Below, one piece after another: positions 53,680 to 64,000 of a DNA stretch of 64,000 nt (within the stretch, counting starts at the first letter, position 1; the number at the start of each line of letters is the position of its first letter). The notes under the pieces are model-generated. The model did no database searches, was not told the origin of the DNA, and saw only the letters and a list, made by a program, of their open reading frames with translations. The translations under genes were made by a program, and so were the position numbers. Source of the stretch: Octopus vulgaris (lineage: Eukaryota); the NCBI GenBank assembly GCA_951406725.2, contig OX597832.1:16616001-16680000 (forward strand), given 5' to 3'.

Positions 53680-54673
53680 CTGAAACGGTGATATCATTTC
53701 GGTTCTTCTGGAGCCTTAGCCTTTCCCCCATAGCGGTTGCTCAGAAGTTTAAAAATTCTATGATTTGTTTTCGCAAATAGAACTTCTTACTTATTTTTCA
53801 CTTCTAATCTGTGTTAATTATAATCTGAAATAAATGCAATTTACTGGACGAAATGTTTAATAGTTTGGAGCCGTTTATTTCAGTACTCGAACCCATCTGC
53901 AAACATACCACAGTATTACATCAATTCGCTAAAAAGTATTTAAGTGTTTGGTAAATATAAATGTCCAGCGTAGGTTTAAACATCGGTGATTATTTATCAT
54001 GATAATTAACCTTTCTCAGACTAATTTCATTCTCATTTGCTCGATGATTCTATATAAAGAGCTATTTAATGATATTTATTTATGAATTGTTGATGTCTAG
54101 ATATAAAATCTCAGTACATTCTTAATCTGATATAATATTTATTTTCAGGAATAGAACATTAGATTAATATCGGAGATTGATCTGATTGTAAACTTGCAAA
54201 TAAAAACAGAAAATCACCACCACCTACTACTTACAATCTCATTACCATAGTTATGCCCTTAATTACTACATAAATATTGATGTTTCAATATCAGCCGAAC
54301 AGGATATAAATAATGAATTCCAATTTAGGCACAATGCAGGCAACACTCTCTCCTCTGCTGGACTGGTATATTATTCTATTGGTTTCCAACAGGTAAAAAA
54401 GAAATTCGACCTTTGTGCTCTACCTAAAATATTATTCGGAGCTTAAGCGGTTTTGGTAAATGAAATTAACAAAATGACCTCAGTAAATGCAAGAAAAGGT
54501 TCATGTACGCAGGGATTGAAACCTGCTTCAGTTTGACAAACGTTCAATTTATTTTGTACTAGTATTCTTTCTTCCCAAGTATATATATGCGCGCTACACG
54601 AAGACAAACAAGACACGAAGTCTCTTCTCGAATTGTTTACGATTGATTTTGAATATCACTAATTTAAATTTAC

Positions 54674-54762
54674 CTTTATTTCGAGGGATACAATAAAAGG
54701 TAATAATATAGTATTGGGGTCAATAGATTTATTAAACCCCCTATAATTCGATGGTGTTGAGC
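54674..54762 (-). CDS. Candidate 89-nt phase 1-0 exon of gene B
   Basis: tttctactttag|GCTCAA...ATAAAG|gtaaat; open as STPSNYRGFNKSIDPNTILLPFIVSLEIK and in frame with the next exon. Confidence 0.5.
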
Positions 54763-55108
54763 CTAAAGTAGAAATCATTAGTGACTTCCCGCTTCATGAG
54801 CAGGGGTACACCAGTGCTTCGATGTTAGGAATCGGCACAATGGAAGTCAAATTAGAATCGAAATATGAATTCTTAGTGCAATGTAGTATCATGACTCAGT
54901 ACAATATTATTTAGTTTTATACTAATTGGAAAACCCCGTATTTTAGGTGAAGTAAAGTGAAATGTGTACATTCAACATACTTCAAATTTACTTGAGGTCT
55001 ATGGCAAGTGAAACACCACAACAGAATACAACGGTCTTTGATACACTGTATTCGGTGCTACAAAGGAGATATGTACTGATGGTTCATGCAGTTATATATA
55101 CCACTCTA

Positions 55109-55315
55109 AGGCGGCGAGCTGGCAGAAACGTTAGCACGCCGGGTGACATGCTTAGCGGTATTTCGTCTGCCGCTACGTTCTGAGTTCAAATTACTCCGAG
55201 GTCGATAAATTAAGTACCAGTGGCGAACTGGGGTCGATGTTATCGACTTAATCCGTTTGTCTGTCCTTGTTTGTCTCCTATATGTTTAGCCCCTTGTGAA
55301 CAATAAAGAAATAAG
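55109..55315 (+). mobile_element. Family-1 SINE with a short internal deletion
   Basis: aggcggcgagctggcagaaacgttagcacgccggg..caataaagaaataag. Confidence 0.92.
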
Positions 55316-57941
55316 ACGTATATATACCACTCTATTGATATTCTGGCTAATATTTCATACAACGTATACTCGAATTCATCTATTTAAAATCAAAGTATGA
55401 TAATGCTAAGGTGAATGTGCACCTGAAATGAAAGGTCTTATTGTAACTTATATGATGAACATGTCCTTTGAAAGGGACAAATATGATGTCCTTTTAAATA
55501 TTTCCCCAAATTCCAATTTGCAAATATATTCATTTACTCCTTTATAAAAACCTAACGTCTGTTATTCACATTTACAGTAATCTTAATTTATTTTTCCAAA
55601 GTCACTTAAATTGTCGTATAGCAAAAATGTTTCATTAAATTTCCCATGCATTCTATTTAATCTATCTATGCGTCAACAAAAGCAAATAGTATGTACACTT
55701 TTGTCTTTGAGGGTTAATATCATAGAAGTCTATACGACGAATATTTCTCGTTGTTTTCTAGTAGATTTAAATCTACCAAATTAGGCTCTGATATATATTT
55801 GCGGGTTGCAATATATGGTATTGGCACCAGCTATGTTACTTGTCAGATGATAACTATCTCTCTTCATCACAGTAGTTTTAGGGCAGTTTACAGAGGCGTA
55901 GACAGTTCACTCCTTTTTTATACGAATATTACAAGAGAAAATCGACCCGCGAGTTAATTGTGATTCAGTGACAATTTAACAAACACTAAATAATGCTATG
56001 CGCTCAGCTTTTCTTCACACAATGAGGGAATCGTACGATAGCAATCGCTAGTAATAACAAATAAATCCTTTTTGACTCGAATCTTGTCATCTTTAAATGC
56101 GGAGAAACATTGTTTATGTAGTCACGGATACAATGGCCGGATAAAATACGGTATTTTAACAGACTAAGTCGCTTTGGGTAAAAATATTTACAGTGAATGT
56201 TGCACTATAACAACGGCAACAGTAGCAGCAGCAACAACAACAAGAACAACATCAGTAAATCTAATGTGAAATTATTGTCCATTGATGCAGATCATGTAAT
56301 CGTTAAACAACAAATTATCCAAAATATATCAGAAAATAAAACTTTGGCGATTTATGTTAATTAGTGGAATAAAAAAAAAAGTTATTTAAAATATAATGCG
56401 AGATAATTTCTTTATTTTGTAAAATAAATTATTTTTAAAACAGAAGAAATTGACTTCAAATATCACAACTTTCATCTTAATTTGTCGTTACTGTCTTGTG
56501 TGAATCGAAAAAATATATCGTTTCTTTAATCTATCGTTTAATTTATCGTCTATAGTTGCTGTTGCTGATCTGTTTTAGTTCAGCTTTTTATAAAGCAGAC
56601 CTATAATAAACCAAGTTCTAGACATAAACATGCGATTTATTTTTATTCATTTAAAAAAAATTTACATCTTGGAGAAGACTATAAAATATGATTTAGACTT
56701 CTTATAATCGTACGGTGTCGTTCCAAAGATATTTGGCCATTACTTTCAGCTTGTCGTGACACTGTGTAATTAAAACTTGTAAGAAACGGAAAGGTTAATA
56801 GTAGATTTAGGGAATTTTATCATAAGATAGTGTCAGCTTATGGCCTTTCTAATTCTAAGTGTGATGCAGGTGAAGCTATGATAAAAACAATATCAAATAG
56901 AAATCTATCGGAAAAAGCATTGCAGACATGTTTTTGTTGTTTTCTTTAACATTTAAACTCACTTCAGCTCTGAAAATGACAAACGAGCAAAGTGTTTAAT
57001 TATATTTATGTGACATTACCATATTTTCTCCTATTAGTCATAATCAAAAATGTTATTGTTTCATAGGCAAATAGCTTGGCACTTGACGGAAAATTAGCTG
57101 CTATTTCAAGCAAGAAAAGTAGCAATCTCAAATCTCATTGCTAGCTCTGTAGAACAGTATACTTTAGAAGTAGTTACTTCTTTCCCATCCTGGAACCCAC
57201 TATTAAGACCGGTGAAAAAGGTACAGGATAAAGTCATACATGACGTGAATTACGAGGAAATAAGAAGGAAATCAAGGCTAAAATTTATTAGATCGATCAT
57301 CGTAAAAAAATAATTAAAATCTTAGCAGACATTAAACCAGTTCTGAAGAAACAATTTAGAGAGAAAATGGGTGGGGAAAATTGTAAGAGGTAGCGACTGG
57401 GAGAGAGAGAGAGAGAATACTACAAAGGTTGAGAGAAATTAGAGAGAGGAATAGGAAGAGACAACGTTTTAGTAAAAGAGAAAGGCGGACGGAGAGAGAG
57501 AGAAGGGATGAACGAGAGACGGTGAGAGAATTGATGCGAGAGAGATATAACGATAGTTCATAAGGACAAAAGAAAGATTCGGTGAGAGATATAAAGAGAG
57601 TCTGGCGTATTATTCGCTTCCTTAAGTTTCGAAGAACGGGAATGAAGCATGAACATGTACAATCAAAAAAATGGAGAGGATGAACGTTGACATCAAGCAA
57701 GTACGAACGCAAGAACCATTAAATGTCCAAAAGGGATTTCGGCAACGTAATGGCAGCAAATGATGCGACATAATCTTTATGCTCTGCTCTTCTGTTCATT
57801 CTGTCTTTGTTTAACTCAATATATTTATTTATTATTTATTTTTTGAAGTGCTGTCTTGCTGCATATTATTCTTTGCTTTTTCGCTTTTTCTCTTCCACTG
57901 CATTTCAATTATTCCTTCTCTATCATAAGCACATACTTTAA

Positions 57942-57985
<44 letters not shown>

Positions 57986-58174
57986 TTATTTTTGTGTTTT
58001 TTTCTGCTGTCATATAAATATGACATTGTGCCCGTAAAAAAAAGGACGGTTTTCGTGCCAATGTAAATAACTACGAGGGAGATATGAGAAAGAAAAATTG
58101 CTCTTAAGTGTAAAAAAGGAATATATGTAAATGTGTGTATGTGAGTGTGTATGTGAATGTAGGGGTATGTTTAC

Positions 58175-58385
<211 letters not shown>

Positions 58386-58499
58386 GATGCATGTACCTTC
58401 GCATCTGTGCAATTACACACATAAGCATGCACATACACACACACAGACACACATGTGTGTAAGTGTACAACAATCTATGAATGTATATATTCCTTTATT

Positions 58500-58865
58500 C
58501 GTTTACTTTTTTACGTGTTTCAATCATTTTGCTGCGGCCATGCTGGAGCACCGCCTTTCAGTACAACAAATAGACACCAGGCTTATTCTTTGTAAGCCTA
58601 GTACTTATTCTATCGGTATCTTTTGCGGAACCGTTAACACACTGACATCGGTTGTCAAGCGATGGTGGAGTGACAAGCACACAGATACATACACACACAA
58701 ATGCATGCATACACTCACACGCACACACAAATACGATGAGCTTCTTATAGTTTCCGTCTACTAAATCCACTAACAAGGCTTTGGTCAACCCTAGGCTTTA
58801 GTAGAAGACATTCACCCAAAGTGCCACGCAGTGTGACTGAAACCTGAACCACACAGCCACCACTG
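58500..58865 (-). mobile_element. Family-2 SINE, near full length
   Basis: gcggccatgctggagcaccgcc..catcggttgtcaagcgatg..gtttccgtctac..gtgccacgcagtg. Confidence 0.88.
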
Positions 58866-59916
58866 TACCTATACGTGTATATATAAAATACGAGTTCACC
58901 ATTTGCGACGATGAGTAGTATGTAATCCATACACATATTTATATGTGAACAAATGCGTGGAATTATAAGCATATGATATATCTATGTACGGCTGCTTTCA
59001 GAATCATGGGAATGAAAAGTGGCGTAGAGTAATTATTTACCAAAGTCTACAGAATTTTCACTGTCATCATTAACTTTGCGAAATGTCAATGCACGTATAT
59101 ACACACACATATGTATACCCACAGGCACAGCTATATGCATACTATTTTAATGTATATGTATCTGCAATTGTAACGTTATAAGCATCCATGTAGAATGTAA
59201 TCAAATTATTTTATTGTACCTTGGGTAAATATAATAATCTATATTTTCCTTTCGAAGAATAAATAACTTAATTTTCTCTCTGCAGAATGTTGAATACCTT
59301 TATATGCATATAAAGCACAAACAAGATCCTGATAAAATGTCTCATTTTACATAAGGCCCTGCTAAAAATGTCTAACTTCACATAAATATCAAAAGAGCGT
59401 ACAGTTTTTATCTGCAATTGTTATTTTATAAACATCAACAGTATTCTAGATATGATCTTTGATAGGAAATGTAAGCAAATGAAAATATTGTAATCTTTGT
59501 TTATATTTTCCCGTGGAGAACAAATTATTGGTAATCTGTAGAGTAATTCCATTTTTATTTCAAGACCCATCGGGAATTTTTTTCTCAATGTCATGTGCGG
59601 ATGTTATATATATATTTATCAAAACAGTCTGGTCACTTCCAGTGATTTCTGATTTACAATAGAAATAGATTTAAACTACCAAACTTTCGAATAGTAGCTT
59701 CGTTACTTCAATGAATGAATTTCCAAATAGAGATTAAACAAGTCAATAATTTTCTGCCTAGAGATAGGTACATGATGTGCTTATATTTGTCTAAGTTTTG
59801 CCACGTGTTTTAGACTTCTTAAATCAGTTCATCAGTAGACGATTGCTTCAAATGTAAGCTCATGCTATGTGCAATATGCTGTACATAATGAATTAATGAG
59901 TGAATGAATTAATCAA

Positions 59917-59985
59917 TTATCGATTGTAAGATAGGTCTTTGATATCAAAGGAGCTGGTTCTGAACCGGTATCCAGGACATTGTTT
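59917..59985 (-). CDS. Candidate terminal exon of gene A: KQCPGYRFRTSSFDIKDLSYNR*
   Basis: Acceptor tttcacattcag|AAACAATGT, phase 0, compatible with the donor at 62077. Confidence 0.4.
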   Translation of the reverse strand, partial: KQCPGYRFRTSSFDIKDLSYNR

Positions 59986-60082
59986 CTGAATGTGAAACAT
60001 TCATGTACATCATAAATGCCGCTGCTGCTGCTGCTACTATTACTACTACTGGTACTGCTGCTAATAATAATAATAATAAACA

Positions 60083-60151
<69 letters not shown>

Positions 60152-60204
60152 AAATTAAAAAAGGAAAATACGCACACTTACGTAGTTTTAATATAATTTT
60201 AAAT

Positions 60205-60239
60205 ATATCGACCGGTTTCGCTATCGCTATTCATGATAT
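60205..60239 (-). ncRNA. Degenerate minimal hammerhead motif at the end of a Penelope-like fragment (~60147-60660)
   Basis: Minus strand atatc-aTGAatA-gc[gata]gc-GAAA-ccgg-TC-gatat; 5-bp stem I, palindromic accggt, GUC triplet; two core mismatches. Confidence 0.55.
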
Positions 60240-60664
60240 TATGTTTTAGTTATTTGAATATATATTTTTTCTTAAGAAGAAATTTGGTACATGTTGTGTG
60301 TGATGAAATTAACGAGTGAATGACTTCACAAGAAGATAAATAAAGGGAGTTAATTGGTTGTGGTTACTATTGTTATTGCTGTGGGTAAGGGAGATAACTG
60401 TTCAGGTTTCGGCAATGGGTGGGGATTATATATGTGTACAGACAGTAACAAGTTTCAAAAACATTGTTTCCTAGTGGATTTATGTACAATGATGTAATCG
60501 TGAATTGAAATATGTAAAACGATAAAAGTTGGTTATGGGTGCTTTTTAAGACGTGTTTAGAATTTTTCAATGAAACAAGTTTCTTTATTTAAACGTTCTA
60601 GTTGAGAGATTGGGTCTTTGCACTGGTAGAGAGGGAAGACTGAAATTTGGTTTGACTCGGAATT

Positions 60665-61285
60665 CTAATGTGTTCCAGACATCCTCAGAAGCCCGGAATC
60701 CCACCTTTCTAAATATATATATGTGTTTATATACCCATTCTCAATCATGTATGGTGTCATCCTTTTCGCCACTACGGAAATGAAGGTCTTTCCCTCAACA
60801 CTCAGGATGGAGAACGTCCTCAACTGATTAACATCTGTGGAGTTTTCTTCTTTTAGCACAAAAGCTTCCTTCCGCCTTCTCCAGCATGATGAGATAATGC
60901 TCATTGTCCAGATCTTTCGAAGCAGAATCTACAGCTTCTGAAGGAGCCATAGGTATTTATTGTATAATTTATAAGGTATACCACTTGGGACAGGAGCTGA
61001 TCCTGACCTGGGCTTTTCCACCATTTGTTCCAATTCTTTCCAGGATGGACTGCTGAGGTTGAATAAATTTACTGGCATTTCAGCTCTACCGACATATGGG
61101 TTAATATCAAGGTCTTCGTTTCTAAGTTCATCATTGTGAGTCTTCGTCAGAAATACTTCTACATCTTCTTTCGAACTGATCACTTTCCCTGATTTGGTTT
61201 CCCTGAAAAGCGCCCGGGTGAACCTAGAAGAGTTCTCGACAAATTGCACTCATTTGGTCTCTCTCTATTTCCACTGCTTCCGGGA
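60665..61285 (-). mobile_element. HERO-like non-LTR retrotransposon fragment (pre-RT and start of RT)
   Basis: PSWKEL..RSGSAPVPSGIPYKLY..KEENSTDVNQLRTFSILSVEGKTF..ENGYINT..GGIPGF*GCLEH; stops and frameshifts. Confidence 0.88.
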
Positions 61286-62076
61286 CCTTTATACAAACGC
61301 GCACGCAAATACACACACACACACACACATATATGCCTTATTTTAATACCTGAAGTGTGGAATTACAAAAGTCTTCATATGATAGGGATGTCACAATATC
61401 AACAGGAATCCAAACTGAATCGACATCGTTTTACGCAGGCTAATCTAGATATCAGTTCAATATCACATTCTTCCTAGAAGGTACTTTCGGGCGCAGTTAC
61501 TCAAACGCAATTGTCTTCCTCTTAGTGAAGAGCAAAAATTCATGTGGGCAAAAGAAAACCATAAGTCGATAACGAAATCATATCCAAGTAAGCCAAAACA
61601 AAATTCTGGACATTTGGAATACTGTGTGCGTATTTGAACACAGAACAGAACCTGGGGACTAAAAATTATTTATCGCGAATTGGAAATAATGCTCTGACTT
61701 AGAAGTCGATTAAATACAAGGTAAATATGAGGTAGAGTGCTAGAACGAATATATCAAGACAAGGATTCCCATCAGATTCAGTAAATAATTTAATTACCAT
61801 AGCTTGCCAGAAGAATAGAATATATCAGGTTTAATTATATATAACAACCATAGTAAAACGTTCAAGTTGCTGAAACTGGTGTTTTCTGCACGATATTTTG
61901 GACAACTCCTATAAAACAAAACTACAGCGTGAAAATCTCTTATTTTTCTATTATGAGAACAAGGATTAAAATCTAAGAGAAGAGATTAATTAATTACATC
62001 TGCAACAGTTCTCACCTGGTATTTATTTTATAGATTAAGTATCTATGAAAAGCAATTTCGACCTCGCGAATATTAC

Positions 62077-62351
62077 CTCAGAGAGTATTCCTGGAAGTAT
62101 TTTGTGCAGCTTTATGTGAAGATTTTTCCAGCTCAACTCGCTTATAGTAATGATATTTCTTTCTGATTTTGACACAAAGAACAAGTAATTACTTGACACC
62201 TTCGAACACTCTACTTGATAACAAGTAGAGTTAATGAAGGTTAGGTATGAGATAAACACATAAAAAGCCGAATTAAATATCTCTGAGCGTATGGTTCGAC
62301 GCGGTAAGATTTGTGCCACTAAGAATGTTACTTCGTAGTAAAGATACAGGG
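62077..62351 (-). CDS. Candidate 275-nt phase 1-0 exon of gene A
   Basis: gattttag|CCCTG...TCTGAG|gtaata; 91 open codons LYLYYEVTFLVAQIL..INSTCYQVECSKVSSNYLFFVS..IKLHKILPGILSE. Alternative acceptor at 62318 in the same phase. Confidence 0.45.
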
Positions 62352-63372
62352 CTAAAATCAGTATGATGAGTATAATTCAAGTACCAGCTTACGGTACGTG
62401 TAATTGAAAGCTTGACAAAAATAATAAGGATGATTCACTATTAACCAACAATAATCGAAAAGTAAGGGGCATTTCAAATGCGACATATAAATAGAGGACG
62501 TCGATCAACAAAGTGTGGTAATTATATTATATTTCCTACAATGGTGAGATTTATGCAATGGCAATTTCATAATGATGCTCTCTTTCATCACCTATATACA
62601 AATACACTGAAAATAGGTGATAAGAAAAAGCAATCTCTCTGAACTTTTCAATCGAAACCAGAGGGCATCTACAATCTCCATAGCTCTATCAATTACTCAT
62701 CTCACTTGCCCTCGACATCAAATTTTCTTTATCAACACACCTTTATCGTCATATTACTATGCAAATATTTATCCTTTGCTTTGCATTTTTGGTGTTTGCT
62801 TAATGGAAATATATGTAGAGTTGGTATTATGATTGGAATTTTATTTTTAAATTTTCATTCGCGAAACTTATCGCTACAGTTTTATCTTCATATCTTGCTC
62901 CAACGAAGTAACCTTTTCGTAATGATTTTAGCTGATCATATTTGCTACCAAACTTCCCTCATCGTGCAATCTACCATCTTAGATATATCAAATTATATTG
63001 TCCTTGCTACAATATAGGAATCGGATAACGAATTCGACACACGAGAAACCTATTCCAGGAAATGTTTGCTCAATGACTAGCATGGATAAAAACAATATTA
63101 AGAGTAAATTACAAACATTTCAATGGCCAATAAAATCTACACTGCGGTTTGATCGTTATTCTGATAAACGCTGTCATTTTGCCGTGGCTTTTCTTGATTC
63201 AGCCATTTGCGATAAGATATTTCTTTAAAATGTCGAGCGCGCACAAAAGATACAGAAGATGTATATTTTATGTTTAGTTTCTAAATGCGCCTAAGTAGAG
63301 GATTACCTCGGCGAACAGATCCTATATTGCAGTATCTAGTCATAGAAATTTCGTAATGTTTAGTTAAGTTTG

Positions 63373-64000
63373 CATGAGGGTTAACTGAAGTGTTCATAGG
63401 TTGACCAAGATAATCTCATGAAATGTGAACAAATGAAGTTTGTTTTCAACATAGTCAACCTTTACGGTTCACGCACTTCATTGACTGATGCTGCAGTTCT
63501 TGGATCCCATTTGTAAAGAGGTCTTTATCCTGTTCGTGAGAAACGTTATTGACTGCCGATCAATTTTATGTCATGTTGGGGAAAGCTGACATCCAGATAG
63601 GGCCAAAACAGTAGAATACGGAAGATGATCAAATAGTTCAAAGCCACAGTCAGTCAGAGCAGCCAAGGAAACCAAGATGTGTTTTCGCGCACTGTCCTTA
63701 TGAAACAAAACCCTTCGTGAGTTTTCCTGAGTATTTACATTTTGTTAGCAATTTGTACCTGCCTCAGTGATTTTGCATAGTACTCTACAATGAATTCGTA
63801 GCCATTTTGAAAGTAATCAAAAAACAATGATTTTTGCACCCTATAAAGCGTGAGGCTATCACATCATTTGCAATGAAAATATTTGGTCCTTCTTTGGAGT
63901 AGGAGAGGATCTTTGTCCCCTGTCCAAACAGATAAAGCAAACACTAATCATGGTTTAGGAAACATTCAACGAAACCAATGTTAGGTTTTGTCACGATGTG
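63373..64000 (-). mobile_element. Decayed mariner (same irritans-like family as 4037-5433), runs off the window
   Basis: TIR gagggttaactgaagtgttcataggttgacc; minus strand EYYAKSLRQ, LVSLAALTDCGFELFDHLPYS, FTNGIQELQH, KCVNRKG. Confidence 0.85.

Noticed and set aside
57356-57712. 118-aa Leu/Ser-rich ORF
   Set aside because: Antisense of a GA-rich low-complexity tract.

Overview
AT-rich, microsatellite-saturated eukaryotic DNA, not prokaryotic. The tRNA-SINE families and repeat landscape resemble an octopus (coleoid cephalopod) genome; that assignment is inference. Most ORF-track entries are translations of (TA)n, (CA)n or (TAA)n repeats. Supported content: (1) about 20 copies of four tRNA-derived SINE families, some nested or tandem with target-site duplications (TSDs); (2) six decayed or internally deleted mariner elements; (3) a non-autonomous Helitron with intact ends; (4) a 9-kb nest (36.7-46 kb) of same-strand, 5'-truncated R4/Dong-like LINE fragments separated by (TAA)n tracts, plus HERO-like and CRE-like fragments; (5) several Penelope-type minimal hammerhead ribozyme motifs beside microsatellites, including a palindrome whose two arms jointly reconstruct a complete core; (6) candidate minus-strand exons, read by eye, suggesting a tandem cluster of divergent multi-exon genes whose last exons all begin K-(Q)-C. 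Item 6 is the most novel and least certain call.
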